From the IMG/VR virus record IMGVR_UViG_3300015608_002806: DNA of 64,000 bases; one strand, given 5' to 3'. Positions 8,640 to 19,275 of the stretch are shown one piece after another. The translations under genes and the position numbers were made by a program. Within the stretch, counting starts at the first letter, position 1. Each line of letters starts with the position of its first letter. Source of the DNA: an uncultured virus (IMG/VR IMGVR_UViG_3300015608_002806) (lineage: Duplodnaviria > Heunggongvirae > Uroviricota > Caudoviricetes). A model generated the notes under the pieces. The model worked only from the letters and a program-made list of their open reading frames with translations, did no database searches and had not been told where the DNA came from.

Positions 8640-11086
8640 TACAAATTGCTCCTACCGGAGACTGGATTAATATTATTAAGTTCTTTTAATGCAACCTTTC
8701 CAACTTCACGACCATCAATTTCAAGAGAAATTGATTGATTGGATTTATTGTTGGACAATGCATTCAATATAGATGACATATTTTTAATCAATTCAGCCAT
8801 TTGTGAATTGTCATTTGTTTTTGTGTTTGCTAATGTTATTATTTCTTTGTTTATTTCTTTAAATTTTTCAATATTTTCACTCTTTACTTGAGATACACCT
8901 TGTATTGTATTTCCAAGACCCGAAAGGAACACGCTCATTGCAGGGTTGACACCAGTTAGACTCAAAGAAGAAATTTGTTCAAACATTTTTGAAGCATTTT
9001 CCAAAGAATCATCAGAGATTGAACTAAATGATTTTGAAAAAGAACTAGCAACTTTTGTAATTGAATCAGCCAATTTACTCATTTTTGGTTCATAATCAGC
9101 CATGCCAACAATCTGCTTCATCATTTCAATTCTTTGTTTTTCTTTTGATAAACCAGAAAAACCTTCATCAACCTCTTTAATTGCTTTACCAAATCCCCAA
9201 ATAGCAAGAGATATCAACCCAATTGAAGCAGCTGCATAAAAAGCACCCTGTAGAACATTGTAAGTTATTGCTTTTAATGCTCCAGCTATTTTTGAAACCA
9301 ATTTAGAAAATCCAGAACCAACTTTATCTGCAACGTTTACAACCACTTCTCCTGTGGCTTCAATTGGTTTTTTTAATCCCTTTAATTTATCGATGAATCC
9401 AGAAAAAAATGAAAATATTTTTCCTTTGAACATCATTACAATTAATCCAACAGTAATCAATCCAGTTCCGTATCCATGAGTAATTTTATCAAGCAACAAG
9501 AAAGCATCAGCAATCCATCCAATAACAGTCACAATTGGTCTAACAACCACAGCAAATGCTCTCATTATTGCCTGCAATTTTTCCATTATACTAGCAGTAT
9601 CGGCAGCTCTTTCTCTTGCTTCTTCCTCTGAAACCGCATTTGCCATCAAAGATCTTCTGTAGTCCTCCAAGGAACCAGTAAATATCTTGGTTGCAGTTTC
9701 CATGTTGGAAATACCAGCAGCATTGGCTACTGCTTGTTTTTCTTGTGCATTCAATGCTGTCCACACTTTACCAGAGGCATTAAACATTTTAATTAAAGTT
9801 TCAACCCTTTCATTTTCGCTCATTTTCATCATTTGAATCGTGTTCAAATAAGGGCCACCCAAAATAGCATTCAATCTGGCCACTTTGGGAACCGCTTCAT
9901 CAAAAGAATCGTAACCAGCAACAACATCAAGAAGCTCAGAAGTTTCGAGCCTCAATGATTTTGCTTGTGCTGTTAATTTTAAAAAAACATCCTTTGCTGA
10001 TTCGCCTCTTTTAACCAATTTTGGCATTGATTCATTGAAATCAGAAACAGCTTTGGTTAAAGTGATACCAAGAGAATCAGCCATGCCTCTTAATTGAGAA
10101 TTGAATTTCTTGACTCCTTCATCGCTAGTCTTCAGTGTTTCTTTTAATATTGATACTTCTTTAGCGTAATCATTTGTTGAAACACCTAATTTTTCCATTA
10201 TTATAGCAGAATTCAAATATGTTTTTTGTTGCTCTTCACTCAACAAAGAAAATGATTTAAATTCTGTCAATAAAGACCTAACAGAAGACGCAACATCTTC
10301 AGCTGAAACAGCAAGATCTCTATTGTTCTCATAAGCTGAAAAAATTAAATCATTGTGTTTTCCAATAATTCCTGTTGATCTCTCAAATGAATTAATAGCA
10401 GAATCCCACGCAATAACTTGTGCATAAGTTGATTCTATTGTTTTTGAAAAAACATTATCCAACAAATTAAGTGGATTAAATAATTTTTTAATGGTTTCAA
10501 TGGTGTTCAAAACAGCCATTGAAAATGCCGGTATTGTTTCTGTGGCTCCTTCTTGTAATGGTTTAAAGAAAGATTGAAACATTGAATTGCTTCTGTCCTC
10601 AACAAGCAAAACTCGGCTAACAAAGCTCTTAACGCTGCTCTCTTGTTCTTGAGAAAGTTTTTTTAATGCTTCTAAATTTTCAGTGGAAAGAGCAAGCTTT
10701 TTTTCGTTTTGTAGATTTTCTGCTCTTAATCTTGCAAGCTCATTATCAGCGTTTTGTTTTTTTTCATTTGCATCGTCAGCTTCATCCTTAACAAGATCCT
10801 CAAGTATCTTTCTTTGTTCGAGCATTGCTTTATTGGTTGCAATAATTTTTCTTCTTAATTCTATATTTGAATCCAATTGATTTTGATAATATTCACCAGC
10901 TGTACGACTCAATCTTTCAATAACTTCATCATTTTTAAAACCATTATTCATGTTATCAATAAATTTATTTGTTTCTTGAATGATGTTATTTATTTTTTTA
11001 AATTCTGTTTGAACAGTTTCGCTATATTCTTTAACAGATTCTGTTAATTCATTAATTAAAGCTTTTTGTTCATTATTGATATCCAT
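8639..11086 (-). CDS. Tape measure protein
   Basis: 815 aa, helical and Ala-rich, with hydrophobic segments and a C-terminal ISLEIDGREVG motif; follows tube and chaperone genes. Confidence 0.82.
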   Translation of the reverse strand: MDINNEQKALINELTESVKEYSETVQTEFKKINNIIQETNKFIDNMNNGFKNDEVIERLSRTAGEYYQNQLDSNIELRRKIIATNKAMLEQRKILEDLVKDEADDANEKKQNADNELARLRAENLQNEKKLALSTENLEALKKLSQEQESSVKSFVSRVLLVEDRSNSMFQSFFKPLQEGATETIPAFSMAVLNTIETIKKLFNPLNLLDNVFSKTIESTYAQVIAWDSAINSFERSTGIIGKHNDLIFSAYENNRDLAVSAEDVASSVRSLLTEFKSFSLLSEEQQKTYLNSAIIMEKLGVSTNDYAKEVSILKETLKTSDEGVKKFNSQLRGMADSLGITLTKAVSDFNESMPKLVKRGESAKDVFLKLTAQAKSLRLETSELLDVVAGYDSFDEAVPKVARLNAILGGPYLNTIQMMKMSENERVETLIKMFNASGKVWTALNAQEKQAVANAAGISNMETATKIFTGSLEDYRRSLMANAVSEEEARERAADTASIMEKLQAIMRAFAVVVRPIVTVIGWIADAFLLLDKITHGYGTGLITVGLIVMMFKGKIFSFFSGFIDKLKGLKKPIEATGEVVVNVADKVGSGFSKLVSKIAGALKAITYNVLQGAFYAAASIGLISLAIWGFGKAIKEVDEGFSGLSKEKQRIEMMKQIVGMADYEPKMSKLADSITKVASSFSKSFSSISDDSLENASKMFEQISSLSLTGVNPAMSVFLSGLGNTIQGVSQVKSENIEKFKEINKEIITLANTKTNDNSQMAELIKNMSSILNALSNNKSNQSISLEIDGREVGKVALKELNNINPVSGRSNL

Positions 11087-11100
11087 TTATATTTTCCCAC

Positions 11101-11109
11101 ATAAATAGC
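11101..11109 (-). promoter_or_regulatory. Candidate late-promoter motif CTATTTA upstream of tape measure
   Basis: GCTATTTAT on the minus strand ~15 bp before ATG; the same core occurs before the sheath gene and the 26773 gene. Confidence 0.35.
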
Positions 11110-11134
11110 AAAAAATCCAAGATTTCTCTTGGAT
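11110..11134 (-). terminator. Rho-independent terminator
   Basis: Minus strand ATCCAAGA-GAAA-TCTTGGAT followed by TTTTT. Confidence 0.7.
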
Positions 11135-11159
11135 CTTTTTAATAAATTTCAATTATTTA

Positions 11160-11390
11160 TTATTTTTTCATTTCATCATTTTTTCTTTGCACTCTATTAT
11201 TAATAAGCTCTTTATGATAGTTTCTTAATCCAATTGGAAGCCACAACAATTCATCCATTCTCCAATTGTGCTCGCAAATCAATTCATTAAAAACATAATG
11301 TATTGATGCATAATATTCATCAACATAAGCTAATGGTATAATCCAATCAGGAAAAAACCAATGACACCAATTACAAACATCATATTGCAT
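11160..11390 (-). CDS. Small tail/baseplate assembly chaperone (T4 gp51-like)
   Basis: W..DELLWLP..LR.Y..ELI pattern; lies between a gp26-like gene and tape measure. Confidence 0.55.
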   Translation of the reverse strand: MQYDVCNWCHWFFPDWIIPLAYVDEYYASIHYVFNELICEHNWRMDELLWLPIGLRNYHKELINNRVQRKNDEMKK

Positions 11391-11407
11391 TATATAATTA
11401 ATGTCAT

Positions 11408-12337
11408 TTATAGTTCTGGGTATAAAAAACGTGAAGAAATTGGTGCATCCATCTCCATTTCAATTTCACAATGATTGCACTTCCAATCTGAAACAATCTC
11501 GAATGATGGTTGAATTTTTTTGAGAGTCTTTTTGAAATGCCATAGATCTGCTGATTTTAAATTGTCATGAAGATCCATCTTTTGTTTGGTGGTTGGCTCC
11601 ATGTCATTAACAAAACGCACCAAATCGCAAAAAACGTGGGAGAAATCGACATTCTTGTCAACAGCAGTCATTTTCTCAATTTTGCAAATAACTTTTTGAT
11701 TTGAGACATATGTTGCAATTTTGAGCTTTGACACTGGTAAAACAAATTCAAAACAACCAGTTGTTTCATTGAAGTCAACACCAGACTGATCTGACAATGA
11801 AAAGTAACCATTTGATGATTTTTGTTTATTCAATGGAAAACTATATTTGTCTTTTTTTAGACATGATGGACATGTAATTTGAGCATCATAGTCCTCGCCA
11901 AAAGCTGAAATTCTTGCAGCAACGAGAATTGCGCTTCTGTCTGCATCACAAATTAAATCAAAATTATTTTCTTTTTTGAGTTCATCACTCAAAAGAAGTG
12001 ATTTAATAAAATTTGTTACAACAATACCTGATTTGATAAAATCTTTATTTGCAAGAATTTTTTCTTCTTTGCCTGATACTTCTTTAATTTCAATGTGGGT
12101 TTTGTTGTGAAGCGGATGATCAACAGAGTAAACCATGCCCTTTGATGGCAACTCTACCAAAATAGAAAAGGGTGGAAGATTCATTTCTTCATATTTTGAA
12201 TCTTTTGTTAGGGCTTCAATTGGTTCCGTGTATAATGTTTCTTGTTTTAATTGTTGTGTTTGTTCTTCTTTTTGCTTTAGAGATTCAGGCAACCCAAGAA
12301 TGTTCTTGAATTTATCCTGATTATTTCTTTCTGTCAT
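11408..12337 (-). CDS. Baseplate hub assembly protein / tail assembly chaperone (T4 gp26-like)
   Basis: VELPSKG..Y, EEKIL, DR.AILVAARI.AFG.DY...ITCPSC and C-terminal CNHC. Confidence 0.72.
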   Translation of the reverse strand: MTERNNQDKFKNILGLPESLKQKEEQTQQLKQETLYTEPIEALTKDSKYEEMNLPPFSILVELPSKGMVYSVDHPLHNKTHIEIKEVSGKEEKILANKDFIKSGIVVTNFIKSLLLSDELKKENNFDLICDADRSAILVAARISAFGEDYDAQITCPSCLKKDKYSFPLNKQKSSNGYFSLSDQSGVDFNETTGCFEFVLPVSKLKIATYVSNQKVICKIEKMTAVDKNVDFSHVFCDLVRFVNDMEPTTKQKMDLHDNLKSADLWHFKKTLKKIQPSFEIVSDWKCNHCEIEMEMDAPISSRFLYPEL

Positions 12338-12352
12338 ACAACCTCTTTAATA

Positions 12353-12907
12353 TTAAAAGACTTCAGGTTCAGCCCAATCGAATCTAAGTGTCATTTCAAT
12401 TGTTAAAATTTCATGACTTTTATAATCCAATGTTCCAAAATTTAATTTTGAAAACCAAGGATTTTTCAGTGTCCAAGTTTCAATAGGGTCGCCATTATGA
12501 TTTAATTGTGTAATTTTAACTTGACCAATTGCAGTAGCAGCTTCTTTTTTGGAAACTGTTCTCTCTGCGTTTTTACCAGTTTCATCTGTGCCAATCCACT
12601 TATTAGGAAAATAATAGCCTGAATCTTTCAACATTTTCATTAAAGCTCTTGCTACGTTTGGATTAACAGCATCATAAAATGTAAAATCAATTGGATCCCA
12701 TTTTACTTTGCCGGGGTAATAAAAGGTGTGATTGAGCCAATTGGCCTCTGCTTCACTTATTTGAGCAGATGGTTTCTTGGCAGCTGCCACCGCAAATCTT
12801 GGAATGACAGCACCTTCACCACCTTGACCTGTACCAATGTCAACAACGAATGTGTGTTGTCTTTTGGGTTCGCTTAAAACTGATGACCAAAAATTACCGT
12901 TTGCCAA
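12353..12907 (-). CDS. Tail tube protein (T4 gp19-like)
   Basis: EPKR..F, YPGKVKWDPI.FTFYD, IETWTL, FG.LDY, LRFDWA; follows sheath; TTG start with AGGAG SD. Confidence 0.88.
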   Translation of the reverse strand: MANGNFWSSVLSEPKRQHTFVVDIGTGQGGEGAVIPRFAVAAAKKPSAQISEAEANWLNHTFYYPGKVKWDPIDFTFYDAVNPNVARALMKMLKDSGYYFPNKWIGTDETGKNAERTVSKKEAATAIGQVKITQLNHNGDPIETWTLKNPWFSKLNFGTLDYKSHEILTIEMTLRFDWAEPEVF

Positions 12908-12928
12908 ATTAATCTTCTCCTAATGTAA

Positions 12929-15814
12929 TTATGTCAATTCAGAAAAACTTGCGCCTTGTGGTGTAATATTAAAATCAAGACCGATAAATTCAATAGCTTT
13001 TGTTGGTTTTACGAAAATTTTACCATATGCAATATTGTTGTCAATATTATCAGGCGTATTTGTTTTTTGATTAAACACTAATTTATATTCTTGAATTCCG
13101 TTATCAGACAAAACATTTTGTAGAATAGGATCTGCCAGAGAAACAAATCTATTCCACGTTACTGATGCATTGGCATCAAATACAACTTGTAATGCAATTT
13201 TAGAAATTGTTTTTTCAAGATACAACATAGCTCGTCTAACATTAATTCTATTAAGTGCAGAATTTGTTGATAATAGAGTCTTTTGTCCCCATACAACGAT
13301 TCCCGCATTTGAAACGTTTGAAATTGCATTGATTTTTGCATCATACAATTTATCTCTGTCTGATTGTCGAAGTTTCTTTACAAGAGAAACAACATTTAAA
13401 CCAGCATTTCCATTTGATACGTTGCCCCTTGAGAAACCAGCAGGAGCATAATAAGGAGCAGCAACAGCATCATTGTAGGCCAATGTTCCAAGAGCAATGA
13501 CAGACGGAGGAACAGGAACAAGAGCATTGTTTATTGAATCTCTAACGTTAACCCATGAAGAATAAGCAGCGGCATAAGAAGTGTTTAGCGCTCTTGCTTT
13601 CATGACATCCGCTGTTGTGTCAACGCTAAAGGTTCTTTGTGCAACACTATTTGCGTTCTCGCTTCTTGGTTGATAATCAGAGGCGCAATCAATAATTGCC
13701 ATTGCATCACCTCTGTCCTCACAAACGGCCATCAATCTATTTGTTATTGATGTATTTGTTACACCAGGAATTGCTGCGAGGTTGAATTCAACATCCTCTG
13801 GGTCAGAAATTATATCAATTGCTCTTTTTAATGTATTGAATTCATATGATGTTTTTTCGGTCACTGAATCCAGTGCTGTGTTTCTGAATGGTTCAATTTC
13901 TGTAACATCGAAGCCATCAAATCCACCAGCAAGAACGGTTGTAAAATTATTAAACCCAGCATCAAGAACAGTTTGATAAGATGAGCTATTTAATCCAGTT
14001 CCTGCTGCTCTTGCTCCTGAAACCCATTGGCCTTCTGTTGTTGAATCAGATAAATATCTTACATCATCCAATGTGAACACCCAAGAATATTGAGTTCCAT
14101 TTGAATCAGATGGTGCAAAGCTATCGACATTTGCTGGTTTAACTCTTAGAATGTCCTTAACTGATCTTGCAAACTTGCCGCTTGAATCATCAGTGTAAAC
14201 ACCAAAGTACGCTTGTGATGGTGATGCCAATGAACCTGACCGGGTGTCGGCTCTTAGTTGTAATTTTGGATAAATAACAGAGCCTGAGAAGTTGCCAGAT
14301 CCGCTTGGAATCATGAAAACGCCGTACTTAGTTGCAGCTTCAAGTTGAATTGGGTTATATGTTTGATTTGCACCTTTGACAAATGGTGTTTCTGCTGTTA
14401 GATTTGGTGAAATGGTCGCTGTAAAATAAGCTTTGAAATTGGTTGATCCAGATATAATTGAGAAGTTTTTGTATTGAACGGGACCATAAACACCGAATGG
14501 CAGAGATTGAGGAATAACGGTTTTATTCGCAACCTTGTCTGAAGCCTCAACTCTAATATATTTTGATCTGTTTTCAAACAAACCAAACTCATCATTCAAC
14601 AGGGTTGTGGTGTTGAATGAGGTATATTTGTCACCAATTTTAACACCAATATAATTTTCAGGATCATCTGGGTTCAAATTGCATCCAACAAATTGCTCGA
14701 CAATTTTTGGATATGCATCTGTGTCATCAATTTTTCTTACAACAACGTCAAATGAGCCATATGGTGTGACTTCTGTGTTGTCAGAAATTCTTATATTTCT
14801 TATTGAAATTTTAATATTTGATTGATTCCATTCACCAGAATCCAAGCTGTGAAACTTGAATAGTTTTGGCATTGTGGTTGGGGCAAATGTGGTTGTGGCT
14901 TCACCTGTCGAAAAATCTTGAGAGAAGAACCAACCAGTTTGTGCGTTTTGGCTATCAATTCTTCTATCTGAATGCTCTGGTGTTCCGCCTGATAATTGAA
15001 GTGCTAAAATAACACCGTTCCACTTTGTCGCGGCTCTTAATTGATCACATTCAGGTGAAGAATTTATGAAATCCTCAAATGACTCACCCAAGAAGTATTT
15101 CTTAACATCAGAAGCTGCATAAATTGAAGTATTTACAGCTGTTGGATTGGTGTTGAAAACCTTTCTAATGAATCTGTCACTTGATGGAGTGAAATTAAAT
15201 CTACTGTTTTCAACAGTTACACCATTTTCATCTCTAATGAGAACCTTGAACTCTCTATCTGCATTTGAATCCAAAAGACCTGAAGTTCCGCTGTAATAAG
15301 TATTTGTTCCAATTAATGTGCCTGACAATGCAATTGAACCAGTTTTAATGTACCAAATAGCGGCCAAAGTACCAGTGCATTGAGCGGAACCGGATGGAAA
15401 AACAAACAAACCATATGCACCACCAGTTGGATTAGCAGCATTAATTGAGCCAACCTTCCAACCAGCTTCACCAGAATCAGTTGTTGCTTCTGGGTGTTTA
15501 ACACCAAGCAATCTAACATAAGTGAGAGTGTTTGATGCTTTCAAAACAGCTTGAGCTGCATAAGCACCATAAATAGGACCAAGAATTTGATTGTCTCGCC
15601 ACACATCATTGACAGCATTTTGTGGGGTTGGTTCACCAAACACATCAACGAATTCAGCAAATGATGAAACCGTAACTGGTTTCATTGCTGGACCTCTTTG
15701 GGCTCGTCCTATTACTACTGTTCCAAGTTCTCCAGGAGTTGCAGGAATTTGTGAATTATCAATTTCTGCAATTTTGACACTGGGGGAAATGAATTTAAAT
15801 TTGTTTACTGGCAT
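12929..15814 (-). CDS. Tail sheath protein (T4 gp18-like)
   Basis: FISPSV...EID.S, GRAQRGP, VPPS, APAG..RG, WGQKTL, LNRINVRR, KPTKAIEFI.LDF. Confidence 0.95.
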   Translation of the reverse strand: MPVNKFKFISPSVKIAEIDNSQIPATPGELGTVVIGRAQRGPAMKPVTVSSFAEFVDVFGEPTPQNAVNDVWRDNQILGPIYGAYAAQAVLKASNTLTYVRLLGVKHPEATTDSGEAGWKVGSINAANPTGGAYGLFVFPSGSAQCTGTLAAIWYIKTGSIALSGTLIGTNTYYSGTSGLLDSNADREFKVLIRDENGVTVENSRFNFTPSSDRFIRKVFNTNPTAVNTSIYAASDVKKYFLGESFEDFINSSPECDQLRAATKWNGVILALQLSGGTPEHSDRRIDSQNAQTGWFFSQDFSTGEATTTFAPTTMPKLFKFHSLDSGEWNQSNIKISIRNIRISDNTEVTPYGSFDVVVRKIDDTDAYPKIVEQFVGCNLNPDDPENYIGVKIGDKYTSFNTTTLLNDEFGLFENRSKYIRVEASDKVANKTVIPQSLPFGVYGPVQYKNFSIISGSTNFKAYFTATISPNLTAETPFVKGANQTYNPIQLEAATKYGVFMIPSGSGNFSGSVIYPKLQLRADTRSGSLASPSQAYFGVYTDDSSGKFARSVKDILRVKPANVDSFAPSDSNGTQYSWVFTLDDVRYLSDSTTEGQWVSGARAAGTGLNSSSYQTVLDAGFNNFTTVLAGGFDGFDVTEIEPFRNTALDSVTEKTSYEFNTLKRAIDIISDPEDVEFNLAAIPGVTNTSITNRLMAVCEDRGDAMAIIDCASDYQPRSENANSVAQRTFSVDTTADVMKARALNTSYAAAYSSWVNVRDSINNALVPVPPSVIALGTLAYNDAVAAPYYAPAGFSRGNVSNGNAGLNVVSLVKKLRQSDRDKLYDAKINAISNVSNAGIVVWGQKTLLSTNSALNRINVRRAMLYLEKTISKIALQVVFDANASVTWNRFVSLADPILQNVLSDNGIQEYKLVFNQKTNTPDNIDNNIAYGKIFVKPTKAIEFIGLDFNITPQGASFSELT

Positions 15815-15841
15815 TTAAGTAAAATTCTCCAATTTCTGCTT

Positions 15842-15850
15842 TAAATAGTT
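15842..15850 (-). promoter_or_regulatory. Candidate late-promoter motif ACTATTTA upstream of sheath
   Basis: AACTATTTA on the minus strand in the short intergenic gap before the GGAG SD and ATG. Confidence 0.35.
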
Positions 15851-15883
15851 AAAAATAACTGACTATTATAATTAGCAATATTT

Positions 15884-16690
15884 TTATTTATTTTTTAAAT
15901 ATTCATCAATTGTGCCTTTAAAAACAAACTCTTTTTTAAGAACTATTTTTGCAACAGATTCACGAATAGATACAATTGGCTGTTCATTATTTTTGCTTTC
16001 TAATATGTATCCTTTTACTTTTATTGAAAATTTTGATTTAAAAAGTCTTTCTTCATCAGAAAAGTCATTGATATTATTGTCTGGCGAAAGTGATTGTTCA
16101 AAAAAACATTCGTAAGTCCAATCATTCCTTCTTTTAATAAAATAATTAATATTGCCATATTTTGTGATAAATGGAGACATAATTTCATTTATTTGTTGTT
16201 GAAAATTTGAAATAATAATTATTTCATAAGTTTTTTCTATAAATGTTGGCTGTGGAATTGTAATAAATTCATATACAATTTCTTTATTTTTAATTTTTGA
16301 ATTAGCTTTACCTGTTTTTTGAAATGAATTATTGTTTGCAAATTTAGCTGTGCTGTTTTGAGATATTCTTTTGGCTATTGTAATAGCGCCAGAATATGGA
16401 TCTTTTTGTGCAAATAAATTGACAGCCATATTCCCGTCGTGCTGGTCTGGTTTTTGGATATCTGTATTTGTAATTGATATTATTGGATATTTCAGTGTTC
16501 CTTTTTCATCTCGCGTATCAATACTGGCTTTTGACAAAACAGCACGTTCAGGGGTAGCAAAGACAACAGGGACTTTTTTCCATCCATCTATTTGATTACA
16601 AAAAACATTGACATCATTATTTATCCATTCATAAATAACAAAATCAAAATCTTCTAAAGAAGGTGCATAAATTGAAATTTCTTGACTCAA
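15884..16690 (-). CDS. Tail completion / sheath stabiliser protein (T4 gp15-like)
   Basis: KVPVVFATPER, YPIISI, QQINEI, F.IKVKGYI; directly upstream of sheath. Confidence 0.68.
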   Translation of the reverse strand: MSQEISIYAPSLEDFDFVIYEWINNDVNVFCNQIDGWKKVPVVFATPERAVLSKASIDTRDEKGTLKYPIISITNTDIQKPDQHDGNMAVNLFAQKDPYSGAITIAKRISQNSTAKFANNNSFQKTGKANSKIKNKEIVYEFITIPQPTFIEKTYEIIIISNFQQQINEIMSPFITKYGNINYFIKRRNDWTYECFFEQSLSPDNNINDFSDEERLFKSKFSIKVKGYILESKNNEQPIVSIRESVAKIVLKKEFVFKGTIDEYLKNK

Positions 16691-16694
16691 TTAT

Positions 16695-18959
16695 TTATCC
16701 CCTTATTGTACCTGTGGCTCCTAAATACGATAAAGCTGTTTCCCATGTAATTAATTGATCTCCATTAGAAAGGGATGGATAATCATCAGATCTGTATGGA
16801 AACATATACATTGAGTTGTACATTGGTGCCTCACTCCATTTTGAGCCCAATAAAGAGTTTGGACCATATGTGGAGCCTGATGTGGTTAATACATATAATC
16901 TATTATTTGAATTTCTAACATGATACGAATCAACAACATATCCATTTGGTGAACCAACAAACAAATCATCTGTTTTATCAAAATATGTAAATTTATAAAA
17001 TCCATCACCTGATGCTTGAGTAACAGCCAAGCAATCCCCAGTCTTTTTGCTATATAAATAAACATTATTAGATGAAGAATTTGCACCTGTTAAATTTTGT
17101 ATTCGACCAAATATATCATACGATATTGAATTATATGTATATATAAGTTCTGACTGAGCGTAGGATGAAGACAGCGTGTTGGCGTGTGAATAAATTGAAA
17201 ATGTTCTAGATAATGTGGGAATTAAATTATTTAATTTTGCATCTTGTTTAAATTTTCTAAAAAAGGAAGAATAATCATCCCATATATTTAAAAAGCACAT
17301 TTCTGATCCTAAAAATACGCTTTTTATATTTGTATAACATCCAGAAAAATTAAAAATATTTTCTTGCTTATCGAAAGTTAATGATGTGCCAGGACACATA
17401 GCGACGAGTGCGTTGTAATGCCATTTATATATTGATCCAAATGAATTTAAGTAATAATTATTTTCAGGTATGCTAGCTGAATTTGTTCCTGTAAATATAA
17501 CTGCAAAAACAGGATTGGTTTGCTGTGGTGTTATATTTAATTTAAAAATTGTTTTATTATGACAGTCTGAACCATTTGTATGTTTGTCGCTAATATAATT
17601 TAAACACAGCATTCCTTCGACATAAGGAACACACCTAAGCGATGAAGCTGTATTTCTAAACATTAAATTAATATTATTGTTTCCATTTGTAATTTTAAAA
17701 TTACTTGGTCTTAAGGAACCAGAGTGATTATCAAATCTTACAGAAAATGGCGTTGTTCTTTTTTGAGAAGTAACAAGATTGCCCTGAAATGGAAATGTTT
17801 GTTGTGTTTGTTCAATTACATCAAATAAGGGAGACAAGGTGGTTGTTGTTGAAATATTCCCTAAAAAAGCGCAATTTTTTGTTTCAATATTTCCAGGTTC
17901 ATTTGCTAAAAATGATATTTTTGTCCACGCGCCACTTGTTGGTTGGTTAGCTGAACCTAATTGATTTTCAATATTTAATTCTATTGGAAATATAACAGAA
18001 TTTAAAATTCTTGATGATAAATTTTCATCATATTCATATGTTAAATAACAAACTGGCTGATGATAATGCCATCTTGTTGCCACAAAGACGCTTTGAAGAA
18101 AATACAAGGATTTAGTACCCGAAAAACTTTCAGTTAAATCATTTCTTTTGAATAAATTGTAAATATTATTGGTTGAGCCCTGCACAAAACTTGGACTACT
18201 AAAAGACATCACCCCTATACCAAAAGAATTTGGCACATCGCTTCCTCTTATATTAAAAGAACAAGTTTGAGCAGTTATTGTGCTAACTGATATTGATGAA
18301 TTTATTTCTATAAAAAAATTTTTATAAACTATACCAGATTCAGGTAAAAATATATCAAATGCTGGTATTGGATTTATATCAAGTACTGAATGGGTTGGAC
18401 CTATTGGGTTGCCAATTGAGGCTGATACTTGAGAGCCTGTGTTTCCTTGGAGTGGTATTCTAATTGTTTTAATTTTTTTTGCAACGCCTGTGTCGTCATA
18501 CTTATATGTCACAATAGCTTTGCATGTTAAATTTACAGGATTTATTAATCCACCAATTGCTCCATTGCTTTGTGTAAAAGCAAATGTTGCAGTTAGTCCC
18601 TTTTCTGTTCCTGAAAGAAAATGTGTATTAAAATCATTAGTAGCATCGCACCATGTTTCAAAATTAAAATTTTCACCTGTGTCAGTAATGGAACAAGTTA
18701 ATCTATTGTTTGTATATGTTGCTGCTCCATCAAGTTTTGTCTGAACATTGAAACTATTTAAATTTGCTCTTAGTGTAGTATTACTGCTAGTATTAAGCCA
18801 ATTTATTTTTAAATAAACAGATTCAAACACTCTACTTGCTGTTTCTGGCAAATAAAGCAATTCAGGAACCCATTGTGCAACAATAAGCCCGGTTGAAGCA
18901 GACAAAGGGCCCGGAAGTGTTTCAAATCCCCATTCTATTGTTTTAATTCTTTCAGCCAT
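16695..18959 (-). CDS. Large hypothetical virion protein, beta-rich, with possible internal duplication
   Basis: 754 aa, Ser/Thr-rich; repeated (K/R)IKTI and TY.YD motifs; structural context. Confidence 0.6.
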   Translation of the reverse strand: MAERIKTIEWGFETLPGPLSASTGLIVAQWVPELLYLPETASRVFESVYLKINWLNTSSNTTLRANLNSFNVQTKLDGAATYTNNRLTCSITDTGENFNFETWCDATNDFNTHFLSGTEKGLTATFAFTQSNGAIGGLINPVNLTCKAIVTYKYDDTGVAKKIKTIRIPLQGNTGSQVSASIGNPIGPTHSVLDINPIPAFDIFLPESGIVYKNFFIEINSSISVSTITAQTCSFNIRGSDVPNSFGIGVMSFSSPSFVQGSTNNIYNLFKRNDLTESFSGTKSLYFLQSVFVATRWHYHQPVCYLTYEYDENLSSRILNSVIFPIELNIENQLGSANQPTSGAWTKISFLANEPGNIETKNCAFLGNISTTTTLSPLFDVIEQTQQTFPFQGNLVTSQKRTTPFSVRFDNHSGSLRPSNFKITNGNNNINLMFRNTASSLRCVPYVEGMLCLNYISDKHTNGSDCHNKTIFKLNITPQQTNPVFAVIFTGTNSASIPENNYYLNSFGSIYKWHYNALVAMCPGTSLTFDKQENIFNFSGCYTNIKSVFLGSEMCFLNIWDDYSSFFRKFKQDAKLNNLIPTLSRTFSIYSHANTLSSSYAQSELIYTYNSISYDIFGRIQNLTGANSSSNNVYLYSKKTGDCLAVTQASGDGFYKFTYFDKTDDLFVGSPNGYVVDSYHVRNSNNRLYVLTTSGSTYGPNSLLGSKWSEAPMYNSMYMFPYRSDDYPSLSNGDQLITWETALSYLGATGTIRG

Positions 18960-19275
18960 TATAATCCTTTATAAATAATTTCCAAATATCTAAAAAATTT
19001 TTAATATTACATTCGTCGCTTTCGTAGTATTCTTGATTGTTTAATTTATAATTAATATTATCCCCATTTCTGTTTATAATTAAACTTGAACCATTTTCTA
19101 AATTCCAAATTATTTCAAAAATCCAACCCCTATCGTAGAAACAATCTTTATTTTGTTTTTTCCACTTTCCAGAAATATTATAATTTAATCTATCTGGTTC
19201 TATCCAAATCAATCCAGCGGATTCAACTATTGATTGAAATCTATAAATACAATCATTTATAACATTAATTATCAT
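18952..19275 (-). CDS. Hypothetical protein
   Basis: 107-aa ORF overlapping both neighbours' stop/start. Confidence 0.65.
   Translation of the reverse strand: MIINVINDCIYRFQSIVESAGLIWIEPDRLNYNISGKWKKQNKDCFYDRGWIFEIIWNLENGSSLIINRNGDNINYKLNNQEYYESDECNIKNFLDIWKLFIKDYNG

Noticed and set aside
11160..12337. Programmed frameshift between the two chaperone genes upstream of tape measure
   Set aside because: The ORFs do not overlap, the second has its own ATG, and no convincing slippery site is seen near the first stop
18952..19275. Membership of this MIINV... gene in the M(K/I)INT families
   Set aside because: Only the first four residues match; no GPA-like unit or YFDIN tail, and no AAATAAATG junction
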